From: Christensenellales bacterium
GTDB taxonomy: Bacteria > Bacillota > Clostridia > Christensenellales > CAG-917
Length of the DNA stretch: 64,000 nucleotides
Direction: 5' to 3'
NCBI GenBank assembly: GCA_045130665.1
Contig: JBGUQC010000004.1
Span: forward strand, 635,217-699,216
The number at the start of each line of letters is the position of its first letter. Positions within the stretch are counted from its first letter, which is position 1. The notes under the pieces are model-generated. The model was not told the DNA's origin. It saw only the letters and a program-made list of their open reading frames with translations, and made no database searches. A program made the position numbers and the translations under genes. Positions 19,604 to 29,800 of this stretch are shown here, one piece after another.

Positions 19604-21240
19604 TAAATTACTCCAATTAAAATATTATAAATATTTTGTCCGCCATCTATAGTTTGTACATCTAAATAAGAATACTTATCACCGAGCATTGATTCCACCT
19701 GCTCTTTATCATCATCTGATATATCCTTTCCATAACAAACTATTAGACCAGACTTTTCATCTATATCATCTACTTTACCTAATGTATTATCTACTGCTTC
19801 AACGAGGCTATCTCCTCTTGCAACAAGTTTGTCATCTAAACACCCAATTTTCTCTCCAACTTCGCATGAAAATTTATCATCCTTATATGGCTTAACTGCT
19901 GTAGATATTGTAATAGTTGAAATACCCTCAGTTCCTTCTTTCATAGAATTAATTCTAAGTTCGATATCATCACTATCTTGGATATCCATTGCAAGAGCGT
20001 AATAACCCTCCATAACGGATTTTGTTGGGAATATTGTAACATTATCCAACTCGGCTTCTTTAACAGCGTGTGTGGCCGTTAAAAGTATGTTGGAATTATT
20101 TGGGAAAATAACTATATGATCTGCATTAATCTTCTTGAAAGCATTCATAAAATCTCCCATTGGTGGATTCATTGTTTGTCCGCCCTCAATAATTACATCC
20201 ACACCTAAATCCGTAAAGAGTTCTTTTAATCCATCTCCATCTACAACAGAAATAACACCCATTGCTTTGTGTGGAATTTGGCTCTTGGCATATTCTTGTT
20301 CATTATGTTGAATTTGCATGTTTTCAAGCTTGAATGTAATAAACTCACCAAACTCTTGTGCCTTGTTAATAATATAAGCAGGAGCAAATGTATGAACGTG
20401 AACTTTAACAATCTTATCTTCTTGGATGGCTACAATTGAATTACCTTTGGTATTTAGATAATTTCTAAATGCATCTATGTTAAAATCCTTATTCTTTGAA
20501 TTCATCAATTGAAGTAAGAATTCTAAGCAATATCCTTCTTCAAATTTAGAGTTCTCATTAAACAAACTTGAAGTATCTACCTTTAATGTCGATTCATCTA
20601 CTGGCTTTGAATATGATGTAGCTTCAAGTACTTCACCTTTTAGATATTTTGCCATACCTTCAATGAGTGCAATATATCCAGCAGCACCAGCATCTACAAC
20701 ACCTGCATCTTTTAATTGTTTTAATTTTTCAGGTGTTTTTTCTAGGCTCAATTTCATTGCATCTACATATAATGCAAATTCATTTTCTAATGTGATATCT
20801 CCAACTATTTTATCTTTAATAATCTCAATACCTTCTCTTGCAACAGTTAGCATTGTACCTTCAACTGGTTCAAAGACTGACTTATATGCTGTATGATATG
20901 CTCTTATAAGAGCATTTTTCATTTCTGTTGGATTTACAATACCATCTGATAATAATTCTTGAGACATACCCTTAAATAATTGAGAAAGTATGGCACCAGA
21001 GTTTCCTCTTGCACCTAATAGCATTCCCATACTAAGGTCTTTTAGATATAAGCCTAAATGTTTATTAGAAACTGTCTTATTTACGCCGTTTTCTAAAGTG
21101 CGGCGCATATTAGTACCTGTATCTCCATCTGCCACTGGAAATACATTCATATCATTTATTTCTTTTTCAACAAGGCATAAACTATTTAATCCATTACGGA
21201 TCATGCCCTCAAAAATTAGCCCGTCTAGATGGTTTTTCAT
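19603..21240 (-). CDS. DAK2 domain fusion protein (YloV family)
   Basis: The N-terminal FPVADGDTGTNM DAK2 motif, the 545-aa length and the adjacency to a DegV gene all fit YloV. Confidence 0.8.
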   Translation of the reverse strand: MKNHLDGLIFEGMIRNGLNSLCLVEKEINDMNVFPVADGDTGTNMRRTLENGVNKTVSNKHLGLYLKDLSMGMLLGARGNSGAILSQLFKGMSQELLSDGIVNPTEMKNALIRAYHTAYKSVFEPVEGTMLTVAREGIEIIKDKIVGDITLENEFALYVDAMKLSLEKTPEKLKQLKDAGVVDAGAAGYIALIEGMAKYLKGEVLEATSYSKPVDESTLKVDTSSLFNENSKFEEGYCLEFLLQLMNSKNKDFNIDAFRNYLNTKGNSIVAIQEDKIVKVHVHTFAPAYIINKAQEFGEFITFKLENMQIQHNEQEYAKSQIPHKAMGVISVVDGDGLKELFTDLGVDVIIEGGQTMNPPMGDFMNAFKKINADHIVIFPNNSNILLTATHAVKEAELDNVTIFPTKSVMEGYYALAMDIQDSDDIELRINSMKEGTEGISTITISTAVKPYKDDKFSCEVGEKIGCLDDKLVARGDSLVEAVDNTLGKVDDIDEKSGLIVCYGKDISDDDKEQVESMLGDKYSYLDVQTIDGGQNIYNILIGVI

Positions 21241-21247
21241 TTATATA

Positions 21248-22189
21248 TTAGCCTTTGTAATTTTCTGATAAACGTGCAACTAAAGCTTTTTCTTCTTCTA
21301 ATCCTTCAGAGATTGGTTTGCCATAATAATATGCAGCCATTAAACCTGGACCAATATTAATTCCACAGAATGGGAATACATCGCAAATCATAACCTTCTT
21401 TGGATGGAATCTTTCTTCGATTAATCTCTTATATTCTTCAGCATTCTTATGTCTATTTGTTGTTGCAATGATGATTGTTTGTTTGTCAGCATCAATAATT
21501 GTTTCAGCAATGAAATCTACCAATACTGAATAAGCCATCTTCTCGCCCTTGAGTTTACCAATAACTGTTGTTAATCCATTCTTATCGAATTCACCAATTG
21601 GTTTGATACCAACTAATGTTCCCATGAATGCTTTTGCTCTTGTTAAACGACCCTTCTTAGCAGTAAATGCTAAGTCATCCATCCAACCTGTTTGATGGAA
21701 GCGGTTCTTATTATCTTCTAACCATTTAGCAACTTCTTCAACATCCTTACCTTCTTTTCTCATTTCGGATGCAATAATTGCCATTAATCCATAACCTGGA
21801 CCAAAACGAAGTGTATCTATGATAAAGATTTTTGCATCTGGATATTCCTCTAATACTTGTTCTTTAGCTTTTTGCATAAAGCCAAATGAACCACTTAAAC
21901 CTGTTGAGATAGATAATGCTAAAACATCTATTCCTTGGGATGCATATTTCTTAAATGCTTCATAACTCTCTTCCATATTTGGAGGAGAAGTTTTATATCC
22001 GTTTGGATCTTTCTTTAATTCTGTATAGAAAGTTTCTCTGTCTATATTGTCCCAGTTGAGATGTGTTTGATGTTCTTCTCCATCTGGTGTTGAATAGTGT
22101 CCATGAATAACGTCAATATTGTATTCTTTTCTAATGCTATCTGCTAAATCACAACCCGCATCTGGTAATATTGCAAAATATTTTCCCAT
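21248..22189 (-). CDS. DegV family fatty-acid-binding protein
   Basis: 313 aa with a DegV-like layout (ILPDAGCDL..., SISTGLSGSF). Confidence 0.75.
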   Translation of the reverse strand: MGKYFAILPDAGCDLADSIRKEYNIDVIHGHYSTPDGEEHQTHLNWDNIDRETFYTELKKDPNGYKTSPPNMEESYEAFKKYASQGIDVLALSISTGLSGSFGFMQKAKEQVLEEYPDAKIFIIDTLRFGPGYGLMAIIASEMRKEGKDVEEVAKWLEDNKNRFHQTGWMDDLAFTAKKGRLTRAKAFMGTLVGIKPIGEFDKNGLTTVIGKLKGEKMAYSVLVDFIAETIIDADKQTIIIATTNRHKNAEEYKRLIEERFHPKKVMICDVFPFCGINIGPGLMAAYYYGKPISEGLEEEKALVARLSENYKG

Positions 22190-22256
22190 AATGTTCCTCG
22201 CTTTTTAAGTAATTTATATCATTATATACCATAAAAAAAATAATTAAAATATTTTT

Positions 22257-22784
22257 TTATACTGGCATACCTGTTTGTTCTTTTGCCCAACATGCAACCA
22301 TGTATTCTGAAATAACTGCTTTAGATCCTCTTATGGCTAATCCTGGAGCGATTTCAGCGCCTTTGCATATCTTTTTGATATCTTCTTCACTATTTCCTAA
22401 ACCGCTGCCTTCGTGCGTCATAAGAGGCAATACCTTTTTGCCTTCAAAGTTTAATCTTTCAATTAAGCTAAAGATGGCACATGGATATGTACCCCACCAG
22501 CATGGGCCACAAATAAAGATATTGTCATATACTGAAATATCATCTAAATATGCTTTAAGTTTTGGGCGCTCATTATTCTTTAATTCTTTTTTGGCCTCTT
22601 CAATACATTTCATGTATTTTTTGTTGTATGGACGTTTTGTCTCTACTTGAAACAAATCTCCGCCAACGGCTCTTTGGATATATTCGGCGCAGACTTCAGT
22701 ATTACCTTTGTCTATACTTTTTATCTCGCCACCGAAATAATTCTCACCTGTTCTAGAATAATAAATGATTAGGTTTTTGCTCAT
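22257..22784 (-). CDS. Flavodoxin-like protein
   Basis: The IIYYSRTGENY FMN-binding loop, at 175 aa. Confidence 0.7.
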   Translation of the reverse strand: MSKNLIIYYSRTGENYFGGEIKSIDKGNTEVCAEYIQRAVGGDLFQVETKRPYNKKYMKCIEEAKKELKNNERPKLKAYLDDISVYDNIFICGPCWWGTYPCAIFSLIERLNFEGKKVLPLMTHEGSGLGNSEEDIKKICKGAEIAPGLAIRGSKAVISEYMVACWAKEQTGMPV

Positions 22785-23710
22785 TATTTTAAGAATCCGT
22801 TTATGATTTGTTCTTCGGCTTCCTTTTCGGTTAAGCCTAGAGTCATTAATTTATCTAATTGTTCGCCTGCAATCTTACCAATAGCTGCCTCGTGGATTAA
22901 TCTTGCATATACATCATTTGCATTAATCTTTGGTATTGCACTTACTTGTCCGTTATCCATTAAGATAGCATCACACTCTGTGTGTCCGTTACATTTATTA
23001 TTTCCGTTTACACAAGAAATATATGTTTGATGCGAGTTATCTGTTGCAACTGAACGAGATATTACATGTGCTCCACTATCTACACCATCTAAATCTACCA
23101 AGAAGTCTGTTGTTGCAGTTTGGTTACCATGTGTTAATATCTTTTCTTTTATAACTAGGATTGCCTTATCTTTTAGTTTTGCAACTGTCTTTCTATATGT
23201 TGAATCTACTCCCTTAATTTGAGCAGTATTCATTTCCATATATCCGCCTTCTTCTATCTCAACTTCTGTTGTTGGATTAAGTACTCTTTCACCAGTTCCT
23301 TCGCCCTCTCCGTAATGGTTTTCAATGTATTTTACTTTTGCGTTTTTACCTACGTGGAAAGCATGAATTCCATCATGTTCGGACTTAAGTCCGCCAGCAT
23401 TATGAATACCACAACCTGCAACGATTAAAACATCTGCATTTTCACCGATATAAAAATCATTGTAGACTAAATCATTTAATCCAGTTTGAGTTAAAATAAC
23501 TGGAATATCTACTCTTTCGTTCTTTGTGTTTGGCTTAATAATAATATCTATTCCTGGCTTATCTTCTTTTGTTCTAATATCTATATTAGCTGTTACTCTA
23601 CGTCCTGCTAATTGTCCATCTGAACGAAGGTTATATGCACCCTCTGGGATGGACTCATAACCAGCTATTTCTTTAAGCATATTCTTTTGAATTCCATTTA
23701 ATTCGCCCAT
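22784..23710 (-). CDS. SufB/SufD family Fe-S cluster assembly protein
   Basis: C-terminal RLIHEAAIGKIAGEQLDKLMTLGLTEKEAEEQIINGFL is typical of SufB/D. I moved the start to MGELNG (ATG at 23710, GAGGTG RBS). Confidence 0.75.
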   Translation of the reverse strand: MGELNGIQKNMLKEIAGYESIPEGAYNLRSDGQLAGRRVTANIDIRTKEDKPGIDIIIKPNTKNERVDIPVILTQTGLNDLVYNDFYIGENADVLIVAGCGIHNAGGLKSEHDGIHAFHVGKNAKVKYIENHYGEGEGTGERVLNPTTEVEIEEGGYMEMNTAQIKGVDSTYRKTVAKLKDKAILVIKEKILTHGNQTATTDFLVDLDGVDSGAHVISRSVATDNSHQTYISCVNGNNKCNGHTECDAILMDNGQVSAIPKINANDVYARLIHEAAIGKIAGEQLDKLMTLGLTEKEAEEQIINGFLK

Positions 23711-23718
23711 AGTGCACC

Positions 23719-24438
23719 TCACATCTTATCTGCAAGAGTTCTGCAGATGTTTTGAGATAGTAATCCTGGAAGGATATCTTCCTTTGTACCATCGTTTGTT
23801 ATTTTGCCACTTGTAATAACTATTATTCTTTGAGCCATTTCTAAGATACGTTCTTGGTGAGAAATAATAAGTATTGAACCCTTTGTTTTTTCTTCCAACT
23901 TTTCAAAGACAGAAATAAGGTTATTAAAGCTCCATAAATCTATTCCTGCTTCTGGTTCATCAAAGAGTGTAAGTTTTGGAGATCTTGCCATTGCTGTTGC
24001 TATTTCTATTCTCTTTAATTCGCCACCAGATAAATCACCGTTTACTTCTCTATCTACATATTCTCTAGCACAGAGGCCAACCTCTGAAAGGTATGAACAG
24101 ATTTCTGTTATTCCAAGGTTTTTACCACTTGCTAAAGAGATTAAATCACTGACAGTAATTCCCTTAAATTTAACTGGTGCTTGGAAAGCATAACCGATAC
24201 CCATCTTAGCACGTTCTGTGATGGATAAATTTGTAATATCTTTACCATCAAAGAAGATTTGTCCTGAGGTAGGTTTATAAAGGCCCATAATTAATTTAGC
24301 AAGTGTAGACTTGCCTCCTCCATTTGGACCAGTGAATGCAATAAATTTCTCATTTATTTTGAGAGATATGTTATCAATGATTGTTTTTTCTCCAAGGTCT
24401 GTATCTACCTTAAAAGAAACATTTTTTAATTCTAACAT
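23719..24438 (-). CDS. sufC: SufC-type ABC ATPase
   Basis: Walker A GPNGGGKST, signature LSGGELKR and Walker B LTLFDEPEAGID. It is paired with SufBD. Confidence 0.8.
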   Translation of the reverse strand: MLELKNVSFKVDTDLGEKTIIDNISLKINEKFIAFTGPNGGGKSTLAKLIMGLYKPTSGQIFFDGKDITNLSITERAKMGIGYAFQAPVKFKGITVSDLISLASGKNLGITEICSYLSEVGLCAREYVDREVNGDLSGGELKRIEIATAMARSPKLTLFDEPEAGIDLWSFNNLISVFEKLEEKTKGSILIISHQERILEMAQRIIVITSGKITNDGTKEDILPGLLSQNICRTLADKM

Positions 24439-24500
24439 GGCTTTATTCTCCTATTGTGTTTGCAATTATATCACAAGCACAATTCAACCGCTATAAAAAA

Positions 24501-25445
24501 TTATATTTTTTCTAAATACCAAGAAACTGTCTTTTGTATGCCCTCGTCAAATGAGAATTTTGGGAACCAATTTAATTCGTTTCCAATTTTATCTTTCAGC
24601 ATAGGATATCTTAAATCATGTCCTTTTCTATCTTGGACAAACTTGATTTTAGCATCTTTATTCATAGTTTTAGATATAGCATTAATCAAGTCTAAATTGC
24701 TAAGATCTGTATCTGAACAAATATTATAAATATTTGCCTTCTCCCCCTTCCTTACAACTAAATCTATTGCTATACAATTATCCTCTACATAAATCCAGTT
24801 TCTTATATTACTTCCATCTCCATATACTGGAATGTCTTTCTTATTTTGAATTGCATCTATAACAACTGGAATAAACTTCTCGCTATGTTGATAAGGACCG
24901 AAATTATTTGAGGATCTTGTTATAGTTGCATCTAATCCATATGTCCTAACATATGCAAGAACCATTAAATCTGCAGAAGCTTTACTTGCGGCATATGGGC
25001 TAGATGGTTTTAGTGTGGATGATTCTGTAAAATATTCTTTTGTATCTAATGGCACATCTCCGTATACTTCGTCTGTAGATACTTGGTGGAATCTTTTAAC
25101 TCCATACTTTAAACAAGCATCCATAAGAACTTGTGTTCCAAGCACATTTGTCTTTGTGAATAAATCTGGATTTTGTATCGAATTATCTACATGACTTTCA
25201 GCTGCAAAATTAATAACAATATCTGGTTTATATTCTTTGAATATACTATCTATTGTTTCTTTATCTGTGATGTCTGCCTTTACAAATGTAAATTTAGGAT
25301 TATCCTTAACATCTTTTAGGTTATCTAGAGAGCCTGCATATGTTAAAGAGTCTATGCAAATAATGTCATCTGTATAATGACTTAATTCGTATCTTATGAA
25401 GTTGCAGCCTATGAAGCCGGCTCCGCCTGTTATTACTATTCTCAT
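24501..25445 (-). CDS. rfbB: dTDP-glucose 4,6-dehydratase (extended SDR)
   Basis: TGGAGFIG, the YAASKASAD catalytic YxxxK, and NIYNIC. Confidence 0.8.
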   Translation of the reverse strand: MRIVITGGAGFIGCNFIRYELSHYTDDIICIDSLTYAGSLDNLKDVKDNPKFTFVKADITDKETIDSIFKEYKPDIVINFAAESHVDNSIQNPDLFTKTNVLGTQVLMDACLKYGVKRFHQVSTDEVYGDVPLDTKEYFTESSTLKPSSPYAASKASADLMVLAYVRTYGLDATITRSSNNFGPYQHSEKFIPVVIDAIQNKKDIPVYGDGSNIRNWIYVEDNCIAIDLVVRKGEKANIYNICSDTDLSNLDLINAISKTMNKDAKIKFVQDRKGHDLRYPMLKDKIGNELNWFPKFSFDEGIQKTVSWYLEKI

Positions 25446-25549
25446 CGTCTTAATATAGTATATTAAAAAATGTTAGATAGTCAAGGTTCAATGAATTGCA
25501 AAACATATTATAATTGTTTTATACTATTCAACATAAAGGAAGGTATTTT

Positions 25550-26719
25550 ATGAACTATTTCGAAGAATCATTAAAGCTCCACTACAATCTTCAAGGCAAA
25601 ATTGAAGTAGTAGCAAGAGCAGAAGTTAGTAACAAAGAAGAATTATCTCTTGCATATACCCCAGGTGTTGCACAACCATGTTTAGAAATTCAAAAAGATT
25701 TATCTAAATCTTATGAGTTAACTAGAAGATGGAACCTAGTTGCTGTTGTAACAGATGGAACTGCAGTACTTGGACTTGGAGACATTGGTCCAGAAGCTGG
25801 TATGCCAGTTATGGAAGGTAAATGTGTTCTCTTTAAGAAATTCGGCAATGTAGATGCCTTCCCTATTTGTGTTAAAAGTAAAGATGTAGATGAAATAGTT
25901 AAAACTATTGCACTCATATCTGGATCCTTTGGTGGCATCAACTTAGAAGACATATCTGCTCCACGTTGTTTTGAAATTGAAGAAAAGCTCAAGGAATGTA
26001 CAGATATTCCTATCTTCCATGATGACCAACACGGAACAGCAGTTGTATGTACTGCAGCAATGATTAACTCACTTAAGTTAGTTAACAAGAAGTTTGAAGA
26101 CTGCACTATTGTTATTTCTGGTGCAGGTGCAGCTGGTGTTGCTATTTGTAATTTATTACAAAAGTTTGGCGCAAAGGATGTTATTGTTTGTGATAGAAAA
26201 GGTGCTATCAATGCAACAAACAGACCAACAGTTGAATACAAAGCACAACTTGGTGCAAGAACAAACAAGAGACAAATAGATGGTTCACTTGCAGATGCAA
26301 TGAAAGGTGCAGATATCTTTATTGGTGTTTCAGCTCCAGGAATTGTTTCCAAAGAAATGGTTGAGTCTATGAATAAAGACCCATTAATTTTTGCGATGTC
26401 CAACCCAACTCCAGAAATAGATCCAGATTTAGCAAAAGAAGCTGGTGCAAAAATAGTTGGAACAGGACGTAGTGATTATCCAAACCAAATAAATAACGTT
26501 CTCGCCTTCCCTGGCATCTTTAGAGGCGCTTTAGATGCTCATGCAACAACTATTAACGAAGAGATGAAAGTGGCCGCTGCAAAGGCTTTGGCGTCTTTAG
26601 TTTCAGATGACGAACTTAATGTAGACTACATCCTTCCAAAACCATTTGATCCAAGAGTTTGTGGTGTTGTATCCTCTGCTGTTAAACAAGCTGCTATAGA
26701 TACAAAAGTTTGTAGATAA
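25550..26719 (+). CDS. NAD(P)-dependent malic enzyme
   Basis: LAYTPGVA, TDGTAVLGLGDIG, FGGINLEDI, HDDQHGTA and GAGAAG motifs. Start is the ATG at 25550 after AAGGAAGG. Confidence 0.85.
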   Translation: MNYFEESLKLHYNLQGKIEVVARAEVSNKEELSLAYTPGVAQPCLEIQKDLSKSYELTRRWNLVAVVTDGTAVLGLGDIGPEAGMPVMEGKCVLFKKFGNVDAFPICVKSKDVDEIVKTIALISGSFGGINLEDISAPRCFEIEEKLKECTDIPIFHDDQHGTAVVCTAAMINSLKLVNKKFEDCTIVISGAGAAGVAICNLLQKFGAKDVIVCDRKGAINATNRPTVEYKAQLGARTNKRQIDGSLADAMKGADIFIGVSAPGIVSKEMVESMNKDPLIFAMSNPTPEIDPDLAKEAGAKIVGTGRSDYPNQINNVLAFPGIFRGALDAHATTINEEMKVAAAKALASLVSDDELNVDYILPKPFDPRVCGVVSSAVKQAAIDTKVCR

Positions 26720-26742
26720 TAATCTTAGTAATTAAAAAAATA

Positions 26743-26770
26743 ACTCCTTGCAAAACGCAGGGAGTTTTTT
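26743..26770 (+). terminator. Terminator after malic enzyme
   Basis: ACTCCTTGC/GCAGGGAGT stem with 1 mismatch, followed by T6. A second hairpin (ACACCCA 26783-26789 / TGGGTGT 26804-26810) serves the convergent lipoprotein gene. Confidence 0.55.
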
Positions 26771-26830
26771 ATTTATAATAAAACACCCACAGCATTTCTG
26801 CCATGGGTGTAGTTGTATTGACTTTAATTA

Positions 26831-29800
26831 TTATCCCGCATAATCAAAGAGACCTGTAAATATACCCAATGCTTCTCCACCAGAGCCAACATGGATACAA
26901 ATATAATTATGTGGTACACTAAATGCTTGAATAGTTGCATATCCTGCTTCTTGAGAAAGTTCAGTATATTCTGCATTTCTTAATACATATGTTTCATCTT
27001 GTGGAACTGCAATACACATTGCATTGCCGACAGAGAATGCTGGAGGACCGATTTGGTTCCAATATGCAATAGAATCATAAGTTGTTGCTGGTTCTTCGCC
27101 AACAGCGCTAATTCTATTTAGAGCATCACCTTGATATGAAACATAACATTGTCCTTGAGATGAAACGCAAATAAGATTAAATTTGTTATTCTGCAAGAAT
27201 GTCTTATGGAAATATCCGTTGAGTAATCCATCTAATGCTTTTAATGTTGGTACTTGTCCTGGAGCGAAAATATCAAACCAAACTTCTTCACCTGTAATAA
27301 AGTTTTCTAACTTACTATTAGAATCAATTATGACTCTTGGTATTTCAATATAATCACTAGTATTTAGTGCACCATCATTCTTAAGGTCATCTGTTTGTTG
27401 TGTAACAATCATAAGAGGACCACCAGCACGTTTAAAGTGACAATTCTTAACATTGACTTCTGTTTCTCCTAAAGCATAAATTGCGTTTAGATATGAATCA
27501 TAAGATTTTAGTTTCTCGTAATGACAAACTGTATAATCTCTACTGAAGAATGAAATGAAACAAGAGTTTGCATTTATATTGTATAAATTTGAATGACAGA
27601 AGTGTGTCTTAACGAAGATAATACCTCCGCCATATACTGGATTATCTGCCATACCTTCACTCATAGTAGTTGAACCATCTAACAATAATTGCTTTGGAGA
27701 TGCATTGCCTCTAACCATAAAGTTATCAAATGAGAATAGTTCATCATTTTCTTCGCTTTCTGTTGGTGTTTCGCCTAAATCTGTTAAATAACGCCATCCT
27801 TGGTTTACACCATTTTCATATCTAACATCCCAGCCTCTTACATCAAGGAATGAAATCTTAGACATATAATCCATATAGTATGCATCACGTCCATCTGGAT
27901 GTTCTATGCCTGATGGTTCAAATGAACAAACAAGTGGGAGTTTTGATAAATCAATATCAAAGAAATTACCATGGATTGAGAAGTCCTCACCATTTTGCAT
28001 ATCATATTGTAATAATCCCCATTCTTGATCCCATAAGAATGATCTTTCTAATGGCCCACCTAATTCGGTTGGAACATCTTCTGGTCTATATTTTGTATCA
28101 CCATATTTATAGTAAACATTATAGTTACTTGGAAGAGTAAACCAGAATTCTTGTGGGAGAGCATCTTTTGTTACAACGAGATTATCGTGTAATATAATTG
28201 ATGAATATCTCTTTCCAGTAAGACCTAATTCAGATTTGATAGAATCCCAGAATTTTCTTCCGTTTGGATATTTGGATGTAGTTTGGTTTCTTGTAGCGTC
28301 ACTTGGTTGTTCAAGTAAACAAATTTCACGGGAATCGTAAATGTTATATCCCTTTACAACTTTAACTGTCCACTCGACTGGGTTAATATCATCTGGATCA
28401 TATACAAATTCGTTTGGATCTGGAAGAACAGATAACTTAAATGATTTATTTTCAGCAGCTGTTGTAAATTGATATTTATTCTCGTTTGTTGTTTCTGTCA
28501 AATATTTAACTCCACCATGAGACCATTCTATTGTATAAGTACCAGTTTTAGTTGCGTCAAGAGGAGTTGCATTAGAACCATCTACAAGATAAATAGTACT
28601 TGATGCTGCAAATGATGTTAGTGTTGTTTTTGTAGCATTAATAATATCAATTTGGTTGAATGTTGGAACAAATCTATATGGATTATCATTTCCAACAATA
28701 TAATCTTCATGATCATTAACAAAGAGTGCACCCTCAAATGCTTGAGAATTTACATTATCTTGGTTTGCTCTTCCATAAGCAAGAGTTGCATTGTATTTTA
28801 CCAATGATTGTGGTAATGAGAATTCATCTACACCATTTCCACTAACAAGAACATTGATAACAAATTCTGCGGAACGAGTATAACCATTATATAAATAGTT
28901 AATCTTAACTTCTCTATTTCCAGATACTAAAGCAATATTATCAAGCTCCAATTGAGTAAGTGATTGATAATTTCCTTCAACTTTAAGTTCAAAACTTACA
29001 ACACCATATAAGAATGATTGTCCATCGTTTTGTAAAATATTGATTTCTTCTTGTCCCTTATATTCATAATTACCTAAAACTCTAAGTGCAATTAAGAATT
29101 TTTCAACTTCACCATTCTTAACAATCTTAGTAGGAATTGAGGTTGGATCAACTTGGATACTATTTAATATATCTTTTACAACGAGAGTAATACCGTTGTT
29201 TTCTACTCCTGCATAAGCAACTGTTACTGTCTTTGTTCCTGGAACTGTAATACTATTTCCAGAGAATGTATATCCACTTTCTACAAGTTGTGATGTACCT
29301 GATTTATAGTTTGCATAAACTTGAAGTCCGGCAAAATTTGTAAATACAGAACCTTCTGTCTTATTTACATTTGTTTCAAAGCTTGTTGTTCCTTGAAGTG
29401 ATAAGCTTAATACATAGTCTGTAACATTAATGTTAAATGAAATTTCTTTTCCTTCGAATTTAATTGTAACTGTCTTTTGTCCTGCAGTTGCTGTAAATGC
29501 ATTTAAATTTGTAGTGACATCAACTGAACCATTGTAGAATGCTAAAGCACCATATGCGATTTCTTCTTCACCGAAGTTCTTGATTGCTTTGACAACAAGT
29601 CCGTCAAAGTCAACATCTTCTTCAACCAAATATGCGACCTTGGTTGGTTCTGATACAACTTGAAGATCTGTTACATTATTTGTGATTGTAAGATTAAATG
29701 ATGTTGTTTTATTTAGATAATTAATATTAACTGCAACTGAATTTGCTCCAATAGGGGCTATCTTAGTAAGGTTATCAAGACTTGTGACTAATGCATCATT